The notes under the pieces are model-generated. The model ran no database searches. It saw only the letters and a list, made by a program, of their open reading frames with translations, and was not told where the DNA came from. 64,000 bases of DNA from Candidatus Latescibacterota bacterium (GTDB lineage Bacteria > Latescibacterota > UBA2968 > UBA8231): positions 4,032,001 through 4,096,000 of the forward strand of contig OZ244561.1 of NCBI GenBank assembly GCA_965217585.1. Reading direction: 5' to 3'. The position numbers and the translations under genes were made by a program. Shown one piece after another: positions 9,315-18,929 of this stretch (positions within the stretch are counted from its first letter, which is position 1; each line of letters opens with the position of its first letter).

Positions 9315-12300
9315 TCATCCCCCCCAAACATCTTCTCTATCTCAGAATCGCCCATGCTGTCGAAGTCGTCGGGGACTTTAATCTCTCCGGCCATGAACCC
9401 CAACCGACGGGATGACTCCTTTCTGGCGGTCCTACCGATTCTTTGCAATACATCCCGCGTTGCCTCCGGAAGATTGCCGCGAACAATTAGTTCGTTTTTC
9501 AAGACCACGGCGATATTACCACCGTTGGTACGAAATTCGGCAATAGCTGGATCGGCTGGCTGGTCAGTAGTCAGTGGACTAGAGAGGGCAATAATGAATT
9601 CTAGTCCAGTGGTGGTTCTTGCCAGAATGGGTGCCGTCAGAACGCCCTTTTTGGTGCTGATTGGAACATCACGTTCGAACTTAATACTATCAACTTCTTG
9701 CCGCTGGAGATCGTGATATAATAGTGCAGTCGATCTCCGCAAGCGTTCGGAGTTAAATCTTGGCTGTTCACCGGTGAGCAGGTATTCAATCAATTCTGCT
9801 CCCACGTGGCGGTCTAGGAGACTGTGTTCAAACTTGTTTTTAAAACTACGTAGACACCGATAACAGGACGCATCGCATTCCTCTGGGCAGGCCGCCATCA
9901 AGTAGTGTGCCTGCTGAAACAGTTCTTGGCCGCAATCGACGAGTTGGCTGGCAAACCCTGCTCCTCCCGGCAAAGTGTCATAGAGAAAGATCTCCGCCTC
10001 AAGACCTCGCGCTCCATCCGGCGTTAGGGCTGGCCGGAATTCAGCCATTAGTTCGCCCGGCTCAATCTCAAGCAACTGACAGGCCGCTTTGGCTAGTGCT
10101 TCACTAACTGTTCTCAAAGCGGCGATGGTTGAAGAATGGCCAGGCCTCAGATTTAGAGGTTTGGCAACGCGCATCGAAAACAGGGCAATGTCCGTAATAA
10201 AATCCGTACCGAGAACGAGGTGCCGCGTCACTCTGGTGCCTTCACACATCATATCGTCATCGTCGGGATAAGGTTTGCGGTGTGCTCCAATCAGTTTAGG
10301 ATCGTGAACAGCGTTGGATTCTATGCGCCCGCATTGAGTACAGTAGGTATAACCATCTTTGTTGGGTCCGGTATTTGATACGAGCAGATGCTGCCGAGCC
10401 CTCAGAACACGGATGTGATCATTGACCGGAGTCCAATCCGCCTCCTTGTCGGGCGTACCCATAGTGAGTTTGGCACGGGTCGCATAACTCGTTTCCGGTA
10501 TGTCGTCTGGCGATGTGACTTCTTCGACATCGATAGGATGGGCAAAGCCCGGCGGGCGGAGCCAATAGCGTCCAGGTCCGAAAGTTTCTTCGCCTCCGCA
10601 AGCCTCACATCTACGTGTTTCGTTGCTCTGTGCCTGACCAATCAAAAAAGTTTTCGCGAAACCGCATTCGCTGCATTCCATGTAAATACGCTTTGATTCC
10701 CAAGCAGCGGACCGGTCGTCTGACATGACGGAGTAAAGTGCACCCGATGTGTAACATTTGCCCGAAATCCAAACCTGTTTGTCCGGTGCGTACTGTGTTA
10801 GGGCAATAGGAAGACCTTGAGATGGTGCAAAACGCATAATTGGGTGAAAGCGCGACGAACGATCTTGGTCGAAAACATGGAATGTGGCCACATCTGTTGG
10901 AAAAGCATAGCGAGGCAGTTGGCCACAATACAGAAGACGGTCAAGAAGCTTACTGGGATTTGAAGCCTGTTGCGGGCGTTCCTCGCCTTGTTCGGATGGG
11001 TCCTCGGTCTCGTTATCTTCGTCAGGATCGCCTTCTACGTCAGTCTCTCCAGGACCAAGCCGAATAGCATCGTCAATCGCTTTCAGGCAATCGACCCTCA
11101 TCTCGCGAAGAAGGTCTTGGCGGTCATCTTCCGAAAGCTCCTCGGGCATCCATGAAAGGACACGCTCCTGCAAACGTTGTTCGTACTCGGTGAGCCAAGC
11201 CGCAAAATCGTCTCGGTTCAATATCGACGTACCGTTACGGAATTCAGAGACCGTACCTAGAACGGAGAACAAGTCGTGTCGTTGTTCCAGATTAATCTCT
11301 GGAAGTCGATCTTGGTGATAATTCTGTAGTAGGAAGGCGCGAATGTGGCGACGTACGATCTCCCGGTTGTCGAGAGTCAACTTCGGATCGACAACATCAC
11401 CGCGAATCATACCATCCGGCTCCGAGAAGTAATGCTCATCGTGGCTATCGGCACTGCCGAACGCAACGACCGTGGCAACAGCGTTACCACGACGGCCCGC
11501 ACGCCCGGAGCGCTGCTGATAGTTAGCACGGCCCGGTGGCATATTGCGCAGAGCAACTCCCGAGAGTGAGCCTATATCAATACCAACCTCCATAGTCGTC
11601 GTGCTCGAAAGAACATCAATGGCAGTTGATCGACTTTCTTCAGTTGATCGACCCTTCAGGTCTATATCCTGAAAGAGTAGTTCGTTCTCTTCGGCCTTGG
11701 AGAAAACATCTTCGTTTTGTGGTGCGTTTAGCTGGGCCGTGTGTTCGGCGGCGATAAGTGCCATGGGCTGTGCCTCCATGACGGGCTTGCGATAGAATCC
11801 TTGGCGAGCAAGGAATACGGGATCGGAATCCGGATCAAGATGCCTAATGTCTAGGCTGCCGCAGTCCAGACAGTGCAACAGTCCTGGTACCGGCCGATGA
11901 ACGGATCTACAAGTCGTGCAATGAACCCAGGTGCCGTCGAACAGAAGCGAAAGCTCGCTGCCTCTAAGTCGCTTGTATCCACTATCAGTATCCTGAGTAA
12001 ACAGGGCCAATAATGCTGGGGACCATTTGTCCCAGAAAATCTTCTGGGCTGTTTTATCCGCAAGAACGATATTCATGGCCTTAAACTTCCCTTTCTGACC
12101 ACGAACGCTCGTGCCCTCTGAACGCGGCCGTCTCCACCATGCGAGGGGCATTGCGTTCAACCAGAAGCCGTGATTTTGCCAGCAGCGCAGCCAAGCCCGT
12201 GCGAGTCCAACCTTGGCTTCGGGAGTTTCGATAAGTCCCGGAATCGTTGGCAGTTTCTCAAGCTCGTCAGTATGCTTGCGTCGTTCAGCAATTGAGGCCA

Positions 12301-14965
12301 GTGCCAGTGCCTCAAACCCGCGGAACCGATCCTGAACGGTCGTAACAATGTTATCGAGCAATGCCTCTGGTGGACGTTCGTTTCGAAACTCCAAGTACAG
12401 ATTTTGCAAGCCCACGTCATTTTCTTTCTCACCATCGCGGATTGCCTTTTCTACAATGAGATTGGCACCATCGAAGCTGCTTTCGCCAGATTTCTCTTCA
12501 GGACGCAGGCGTACGTTTAGTTTCTGCGACGCTAGCAACACGGCGAGATACAAATCCTCAAGATTCAGGTTCGTACTGAGGGCAGGCACGTCCTGAAGCC
12601 TGCGATATCCCCATGAGATGAGAGGACGCAAGGAATCGCGGACCGAATACATTTGTAAGTTCGGTGCGAGTCGGGCAGCGACCTGCCTGGAGTCGGAAAA
12701 GGCCAAGACTTTGCGTCCTTGCAATGGCGCAAAACTGCTAGCTTCTACAGGAGCCGGTGGTTGGATCTGTATCTGACGAGCTACAAGCGCTTGGAATGGC
12801 TGATCGCCTTTCGTCTGATGATCTTGCACATAAGAACGACCAAATCGGGCTGCCTTACCGCAAACCGCACAAGATATGAACTGGCCTCGTGTTTCGATTC
12901 CTGTAGATGTTTCGTCGTCTTCATCGGCAGAATCGGACACTCGATCACCTCGGATATAAACGGTACGTGTGCGTGGGCCCAGCCTCTGAGGATTAAGGCG
13001 TCCCGTTTCGAGATCGTAGTCAGCCGGTTCGGCACTGTCTTCTCGGCCCGGTTCTTCGATAAGCAAGTCAAGGGGCAAAAGCGGACTCGTCTCACCACCT
13101 TCCACTCGGAGCCGCTCTCCAGGCTCAGACCATAGTGCTGACGGAACATCGATGTCGTCGGAGTAAGCTCTTGCGTAGGCTGTGCCGCAATTGCGGCACG
13201 TGTACAATTCTAGAACTCGCGCGCCGCATCCACAACGCTCACGCGGCTGGCTGTACATCTTCCCACAAATACCGTCCTTATGATCATCTTCGATTTCGTT
13301 GCAATCGGGGTCCATGCAAACCCAAAGACCTGCAAGTCCACGAAAAAAATTGTGAATACGACACGGCAAAAGGCCAGGCGTGTTGGGTTCGACACGGGCA
13401 ACGCTTCCGAGGGCCATCAGAGCAGTCACTGCAGCATCGGCTTTCTCGGGTACCGCAGAGGGAAAAAGGAAATGACCAAGTTCTGAAATTGGATATGCCT
13501 GCTGCATAGTTGAATTAATGAGTAGCCCCATCGGTCCGAAACCCACCAGTGCGTTATAAAGCGCGACCTCAGATGTATAGGTACCCTCTACATGGCGATG
13601 ATCAAGAAGGGGTTGTATGACTGAGAGGCGTGCCGAATCTGTGGTCGCCTTGTAGTACCTTTGAAGATCAATAGAAGCGAGAACATCGGCATCATGATCC
13701 GTTCCAGGCGCGTCATGTGGTCTTAGATTGAGAGAACCCGTGATCGAAATGAAGGTATCGGAGGGAATTCCTGAAAGCTGCGCACCGAACTGCGGCGCGT
13801 ACTCGTGGTCCTTGAAACTCGCTGTGGCGCAAATGACCTGGAACCGCTCTGCTGAGATGCTCAGTCGGTCCCGCAGCCGCCGAATAAGAAGACCTACTTC
13901 AGCACCGGCTGCACCTCGGTAAAGATGGGCTTCGTCTAGAACAACGAGGAACTTCTCATTAGGATTGCTCTCAAGCCACTCTCTCGTCTTGTCGAATATA
14001 GGCCGCTCGATCGGGCGCATTAGCATGTATTCGAGCATTGAGTAGTTAGTGACTAGCAGGTCTGGAGGGGTCATTTGAACCTCGTGCCGTATAAGCAGTT
14101 CCGAATCGTCCGGAAGCGTAACGGCTCTTTGGAACTCTCCAGTCGTAGGGTCCTGCCACCTGCTGCCTTTTTCACCTAGCCACGCGGCCAGATCAGGCTT
14201 GGCCGGCCATTTGCCGCGTTCTCTCAAAGCTTGCAGCAGTCGGTGCGATTTCTCCTGTTCCTCTGAATCTTTGGTCTGCGCACAACGCTGGATGTCCGCA
14301 TAGAAATCATTAAAGGCTTTGAGCTTTAAGGAATCCTTCTTGGCGGTGCGAATGCCCGCATACGGCGTCCTGCTTGTATAACGGGCAAAGCGCGGTGGCC
14401 TGCCGGCCCACTCTTTGAATAGCTTCACGAGTCGGGGATCGCCGAACAGCGCTCGCAGTCGTCCGAGTTGGTCGTTCACTAGCGCGTTCATAGGATAGAG
14501 AATGAGCGCTCGCATGGCTGTCTGTTGGCCAAAGGAAGCAGGACATGTTTTCGCTTCTTGTGCGAGCTTGCCAAGGATCGGTAAGAGAAAGGATTCGGTC
14601 TTCCCAGAACCTGTCCCTGTCGTAATGACAAGATTTCTGCCATCAATGAGGCTGCCGCGGATAGCGTCGGACTGGTGCTTATACGGCGGATTATAGACAA
14701 GCCTCGGTAGATCGCCCTCGGGCTTGGACACCACCAGATAGGCTTCAAGGGCTGCCGCAGGCAACCCATTCATGGCGGCGAAGCCTTCGCCTGTCTGGTA
14801 GCGGGGAGTCGATTCGAGATAAGGGACTTGATATATGACACCAGGGTTATCGAGCAATTCCTTCCGCTGTGCGATGAGCGACCGGGCACTGACGTGATAA
14901 GTAGCCTCGATATAGTCACAAAGCGCACCATGTAGTTGCTTAATGTTTTCTTGAATCGTCGTCAT
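9311..14965 (-). CDS. druE: Druantia DruE-like DEAH-box helicase with DUF1998, carrying a C-terminal antitoxin-like tail
   Basis: 1884 aa; TGTGSGKTE, YPMNALVNDQ, LDEAH, QQRSGRAGRR, several CxxC clusters and CPEECDASCYRCL (DUF1998); last gene of an operon that starts with druA. Confidence 0.88.
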   Translation of the reverse strand: MTTIQENIKQLHGALCDYIEATYHVSARSLIAQRKELLDNPGVIYQVPYLESTPRYQTGEGFAAMNGLPAAALEAYLVVSKPEGDLPRLVYNPPYKHQSDAIRGSLIDGRNLVITTGTGSGKTESFLLPILGKLAQEAKTCPASFGQQTAMRALILYPMNALVNDQLGRLRALFGDPRLVKLFKEWAGRPPRFARYTSRTPYAGIRTAKKDSLKLKAFNDFYADIQRCAQTKDSEEQEKSHRLLQALRERGKWPAKPDLAAWLGEKGSRWQDPTTGEFQRAVTLPDDSELLIRHEVQMTPPDLLVTNYSMLEYMLMRPIERPIFDKTREWLESNPNEKFLVVLDEAHLYRGAAGAEVGLLIRRLRDRLSISAERFQVICATASFKDHEYAPQFGAQLSGIPSDTFISITGSLNLRPHDAPGTDHDADVLASIDLQRYYKATTDSARLSVIQPLLDHRHVEGTYTSEVALYNALVGFGPMGLLINSTMQQAYPISELGHFLFPSAVPEKADAAVTALMALGSVARVEPNTPGLLPCRIHNFFRGLAGLWVCMDPDCNEIEDDHKDGICGKMYSQPRERCGCGARVLELYTCRNCGTAYARAYSDDIDVPSALWSEPGERLRVEGGETSPLLPLDLLIEEPGREDSAEPADYDLETGRLNPQRLGPRTRTVYIRGDRVSDSADEDDETSTGIETRGQFISCAVCGKAARFGRSYVQDHQTKGDQPFQALVARQIQIQPPAPVEASSFAPLQGRKVLAFSDSRQVAARLAPNLQMYSVRDSLRPLISWGYRRLQDVPALSTNLNLEDLYLAVLLASQKLNVRLRPEEKSGESSFDGANLIVEKAIRDGEKENDVGLQNLYLEFRNERPPEALLDNIVTTVQDRFRGFEALALASIAERRKHTDELEKLPTIPGLIETPEAKVGLARAWLRCWQNHGFWLNAMPLAWWRRPRSEGTSVRGQKGKFKAMNIVLADKTAQKIFWDKWSPALLALFTQDTDSGYKRLRGSELSLLFDGTWVHCTTCRSVHRPVPGLLHCLDCGSLDIRHLDPDSDPVFLARQGFYRKPVMEAQPMALIAAEHTAQLNAPQNEDVFSKAEENELLFQDIDLKGRSTEESRSTAIDVLSSTTTMEVGIDIGSLSGVALRNMPPGRANYQQRSGRAGRRGNAVATVVAFGSADSHDEHYFSEPDGMIRGDVVDPKLTLDNREIVRRHIRAFLLQNYHQDRLPEINLEQRHDLFSVLGTVSEFRNGTSILNRDDFAAWLTEYEQRLQERVLSWMPEELSEDDRQDLLREMRVDCLKAIDDAIRLGPGETDVEGDPDEDNETEDPSEQGEERPQQASNPSKLLDRLLYCGQLPRYAFPTDVATFHVFDQDRSSRFHPIMRFAPSQGLPIALTQYAPDKQVWISGKCYTSGALYSVMSDDRSAAWESKRIYMECSECGFAKTFLIGQAQSNETRRCEACGGEETFGPGRYWLRPPGFAHPIDVEEVTSPDDIPETSYATRAKLTMGTPDKEADWTPVNDHIRVLRARQHLLVSNTGPNKDGYTYCTQCGRIESNAVHDPKLIGAHRKPYPDDDDMMCEGTRVTRHLVLGTDFITDIALFSMRVAKPLNLRPGHSSTIAALRTVSEALAKAACQLLEIEPGELMAEFRPALTPDGARGLEAEIFLYDTLPGGAGFASQLVDCGQELFQQAHYLMAACPEECDASCYRCLRSFKNKFEHSLLDRHVGAELIEYLLTGEQPRFNSERLRRSTALLYHDLQRQEVDSIKFERDVPISTKKGVLTAPILARTTTGLEFIIALSSPLTTDQPADPAIAEFRTNGGNIAVVLKNELIVRGNLPEATRDVLQRIGRTARKESSRRLGFMAGEIKVPDDFDSMGDSEIEKMFGGDE

Positions 14966-14977
14966 AAGGAGTCTCTT

Positions 14978-16060
14978 CTAGTCTGAATCTCTTGTGAGCG
15001 AAAGCCAGAGCTGTTCCTGAAGGAATTGCTCCTCTCTCTCCATCTCGGTGCTTGGTATTCGGTAGGACATCAAACTGCGATCTCGCGGCAGTGGACGCCC
15101 AATAATCATAAGACGCCGTTGCGACCACTCTGGCAGCGGGGAAAAGAAATCTAGGCGTACGCCGTCGCCGTCATTCAGCCGTCGATAGATCTGCGGGGTA
15201 TGACGGCAATGGTCAATCGCCATTTGCAAATGCCACGCTATATCGCAGCCACGCCACCGTGTTCTCTTGGGAGGCAGGTCCAGCAACCGGACAACCGTGC
15301 CTTCCTCTAATTCGGCAAAGCACCAGATAGGCGCACCGAATTCCTGTGGCCGTCTTGCGACGAAGGTGCCGGTCCGGTTTTGGGGTGTTGTCCAACGTCC
15401 GCTGTAAAATTTCACGGGCCGCGTCGGGTCAAGAACTTGGAGATCGTCGACAGCACCACTTGGCGGTTGCGCCGAAAGCTGATGCTTAAATTGCCTAAGC
15501 ATGTCTTCGGGCCGCTCTGCTTTCGGGCTCTTGAGCCAAGAATTTTCGGATAGCCGTTGCAAGCCCTGCTCGAGCAGTTCGGTGACGAGTTCTTCATCAG
15601 GCTTTGAGGCAATTATGCGTGTCAAGCCTTCGTACCTAACCCGCGAGGCCAGTGACTGTGGCAGGAAAACATCCTGATCGTGAACGATACCCAGCAGGAA
15701 GACATCGCCACTTGGCCTCACGACAAAGCTGGGCGGTGCGGCAAAAACCCATGTTCCCCTCACGTTGGGATCATCGATTGCTACATCGTTCAGTTCAAGA
15801 AGGTCCCCACCGACGATAAGGCCCTCGATGATCTCGTCAATATGATCAGATAGTGGTGTCTCGGCCGGGGATAGGTATTGGAGGCTTTCGAGGAGCGAGC
15901 CGCGCAGCATGGCGCGGGAGCATGGACAATGGATCCCTGCACTACGCCTGAGTAGGAACGCGAGCAAAACATCGTCTATAGACCCTTCCTGGCTTCCGGG
16001 AAGACCAAGCGTCTGCCTATATCTGGAGAGAACGTCACCCGCCAATATCTTAGTGATCAC
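14978..16060 (-). CDS. Druantia accessory protein (DruD/DruG-like by position and size)
   Basis: 360 aa ORF co-directional and tightly packed just upstream of druE; no motif recognised independently. Confidence 0.6.
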   Translation of the reverse strand: MITKILAGDVLSRYRQTLGLPGSQEGSIDDVLLAFLLRRSAGIHCPCSRAMLRGSLLESLQYLSPAETPLSDHIDEIIEGLIVGGDLLELNDVAIDDPNVRGTWVFAAPPSFVVRPSGDVFLLGIVHDQDVFLPQSLASRVRYEGLTRIIASKPDEELVTELLEQGLQRLSENSWLKSPKAERPEDMLRQFKHQLSAQPPSGAVDDLQVLDPTRPVKFYSGRWTTPQNRTGTFVARRPQEFGAPIWCFAELEEGTVVRLLDLPPKRTRWRGCDIAWHLQMAIDHCRHTPQIYRRLNDGDGVRLDFFSPLPEWSQRRLMIIGRPLPRDRSLMSYRIPSTEMEREEQFLQEQLWLSLTRDSD

Positions 16061-16089
16061 TATTGCGACCTCTGCAGTATGTACACTGG

Positions 16090-18921
16090 TTAGCCGTGAT
16101 TATGGGTATTGCGCAAAAGGGTAAGGAATCGCGCCCCGCGTAGAATCACTGGATTACCTCGGACAGTGTTGAGCATTTCGTCCAGTTCACAGCCAAACAT
16201 CTTAGAAAGCAGGTGGGGTTCGGTGGCTAACCTAAATGCAAAACCGCACAACTTAGGATCAGTGCTCACGTGATACCGCATCGCCAGATCCGAATACCAT
16301 TGTTCAGCTTGATCTGGATTATTATCTATTTTTTTGTGTTCACGACGCAGTACGGCAGAGAACCCAGTGGATTTTTTTTCTACGGCCTGCTGTAGAGTAT
16401 CAAGAGCAGGCTGCGAATTTGGCGTCTTCAGAAAAGCTTTTTCCGCCCGCGTCCAGTTTTGACCGCAAAGCGTTTCGTAAATGCTATCAAGGTATCCATC
16501 CGCTATCTGCTCCTGTCGAGCTTTCACGAGGGTTCCATACAAGCGCCCTCCGTGCCAATGTGCGAGCATACGCAAACAGCCTCCCAAAGCAATAGAGCCG
16601 GTACGAATTCCAAAAAAGTCGGGAGTAATTCCAAGGCCGCGCAAACCCTCGTGTCTTGGTATAGCACTAACGATCACTACATCGCAGTGGTCTCCTTGCT
16701 TCGCATAGAACAATCCCCCAGGCGGCTCAACGATCATTCCGGATAAAGCTTTTTCTGATAGATATCGTTTTTCCTTAAGAGGACACTCCATGCTAAAAAA
16801 AAGAACTTCGGGTTCGGAATTTTCCTGGCCAGTATCATCGATCAATCTGATACGGATATCATTACGATCGCGGCTCAAAATCCAACGTAGAGGGACAGAA
16901 TCGTGCTCAAACAGGCACGAAAATTCACCGAGTTCCTCTCCCTTTATTTTTATTTGACCTGTAGTAGCTTTGAGGTAACTCCACGTAATTTTCTCATTTT
17001 CTAGGAACTTGGAAAATCTATTGCTCCATGCCTCTGGAGTAATCGGTAGTTCCACATTGTCGAAACGCTTTGAAAGAATCTCCTTACCGCTCCTGTCTTC
17101 GAGGGAGACAGTAATTGTGACAGGACGACCCTCTGGACCCAGTACTGACAGCTTCACCTCGTTTCTCCAAAAGATATCGAGATCAGCGTCGTGCGGTTCG
17201 AGGGTCACGATGAAGCCGGTGTGGGAAACGGCCCCGGGAGTCCACGGCTCAGGTTCCCGCACATGTAGTTGAGCGAACCCTTCAGCCCCAGGGGTCGCTA
17301 CAACTTCATTCAGCCAACTACTCCGCTGTGCCTTGACTGTAAGTATGTGTTCCCCTGTGGGAAGAGACGGTAGACGCACGAAAATAGGTTCTCCCTTCGG
17401 ACCCGCCTCAACTACCGTCTGTGTGCCGTTATTGATGCAGAGTAAATATGCGTCAACAGGGTGATCGTGCATGAATCCAAAGCACGGCTCCTCAGTCGTA
17501 AGCCACTCACTACTTCCTTCGCCATCCCAGCCACGACCGGGAAGCCCAGCAGGCCAGACCTGGATAGTTCGCGCCACTTGCAGATCGAGCTTATTAAGCC
17601 ACGCTGTATCCTCCTCAGACACACTGGGAGGGATTTGCAGACGAAAGGATTTTACGCCAGTGCAATTCACGGAGCAGGCGCTCATACCATTATATGGTTC
17701 AGGTAACTCCGCTGTTGTGACAACGATGTAGCTGCAGCCGGGCCGAACGATACAGCTAGTAATTTCACGGGCAGTCCCGTCCCTAGCAATCCGAAATAGC
17801 CAGACCGGACCGGGCGTGAGGCGGCATTCGGATTCAAGAAGGTGGTCAATTTTACCGTGCGATTGATCAAACTGAATAAGCGGCTTTTGCGAATCGGGCC
17901 AAGACCTCAGAACGCCCTTTCGGTTCCTAGCAAGAAGCCAGCCTGCTGACTTGATATCGTCGGCACCGTTGAGACGGCATCGAGTGCTCCTCAGAAAGGA
18001 CCGAATATCTGTACTGAGTGTAGCAACGTTGTGGAAGGACGGAATCTCCAACCGGACTGACCAAGTTCCTCCACCGCGGTGGCCCAACACAATATTCGGC
18101 CGAGCACTAAATCGGACTCCATCCGGCACGGCCGAAGACCCGCGTTGAATAGACAAACCTCTACCGGGTTGCCCGCTGCCGATTCCTTTGAAGCGATCGC
18201 GGACGTAACGTCTTGTTTCTCCGAACCACTCGCGCGTACTGCGAACCTTCTCCAGATCCTCAACGATCCGTTGGAGGGTTCGCGGATAAATCAGCTCTTC
18301 GCCTCCTACGGGTGTCGCGTCAAGAAGAGCGAGAACGATTCGCCCTGTCAGTTCTTCCTGTTGGAGGAACTCTTGAAAACGGGTAGAGGCATGATGCGCG
18401 TTAGCAGCTAGTAATCGTCCGATAGTGGTAGGAGCGAGTGTCCCCAAACCAGCAAGACGATAACGTAGATCATAGAGCGTTTTGGCAAACTGGCGCTGTA
18501 GGTATCGAGGAAGAATAGCATGCGTAATTGGCCAAGAGATAATTGTGAAATGATTCGCCCATAGACCGGACGGCACTACGCCATCATACATCTCTTGGAA
18601 TTTTATGAAACAGCGGCGGAGCTTATAGCGGTCTTCTGCCTCCCACTGTGGCATCTGTTCCTCGAACGACCGCCAGTACTCGTCTCCCTCGTAAGTGTAG
18701 CCGCGCTCACTGGCATAGATCACCCAAGGAAGCCAGTATCGCGACAAAGGAATTCGGGCTTTGAGGCAGGAGTGAAGCAGCGATGATACTTCTTCGATTT
18801 CCTCGTCGTTCAGACTATGCTCAAGGGCAAAGATGTGATATTCAGAGCCTGCTCGAATGCGTACAAGAGACTCAAAATGCCGCTCAAGGCGTTCCTGCCA
18901 TTGTTCGAGATGCGTCGGCAT
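16090..18921 (-). CDS. Large Druantia accessory protein (DruB-C fusion-like or DruF-like), about 943 aa
   Basis: Long ORF between druA and the 360 aa gene; ATG at 18921 follows AGGAAGGTGAG; the role is inferred from context. Confidence 0.6.
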   Translation of the reverse strand: MPTHLEQWQERLERHFESLVRIRAGSEYHIFALEHSLNDEEIEEVSSLLHSCLKARIPLSRYWLPWVIYASERGYTYEGDEYWRSFEEQMPQWEAEDRYKLRRCFIKFQEMYDGVVPSGLWANHFTIISWPITHAILPRYLQRQFAKTLYDLRYRLAGLGTLAPTTIGRLLAANAHHASTRFQEFLQQEELTGRIVLALLDATPVGGEELIYPRTLQRIVEDLEKVRSTREWFGETRRYVRDRFKGIGSGQPGRGLSIQRGSSAVPDGVRFSARPNIVLGHRGGGTWSVRLEIPSFHNVATLSTDIRSFLRSTRCRLNGADDIKSAGWLLARNRKGVLRSWPDSQKPLIQFDQSHGKIDHLLESECRLTPGPVWLFRIARDGTAREITSCIVRPGCSYIVVTTAELPEPYNGMSACSVNCTGVKSFRLQIPPSVSEEDTAWLNKLDLQVARTIQVWPAGLPGRGWDGEGSSEWLTTEEPCFGFMHDHPVDAYLLCINNGTQTVVEAGPKGEPIFVRLPSLPTGEHILTVKAQRSSWLNEVVATPGAEGFAQLHVREPEPWTPGAVSHTGFIVTLEPHDADLDIFWRNEVKLSVLGPEGRPVTITVSLEDRSGKEILSKRFDNVELPITPEAWSNRFSKFLENEKITWSYLKATTGQIKIKGEELGEFSCLFEHDSVPLRWILSRDRNDIRIRLIDDTGQENSEPEVLFFSMECPLKEKRYLSEKALSGMIVEPPGGLFYAKQGDHCDVVIVSAIPRHEGLRGLGITPDFFGIRTGSIALGGCLRMLAHWHGGRLYGTLVKARQEQIADGYLDSIYETLCGQNWTRAEKAFLKTPNSQPALDTLQQAVEKKSTGFSAVLRREHKKIDNNPDQAEQWYSDLAMRYHVSTDPKLCGFAFRLATEPHLLSKMFGCELDEMLNTVRGNPVILRGARFLTLLRNTHNHG

Positions 18922-18929
18922 CGTCGCGC

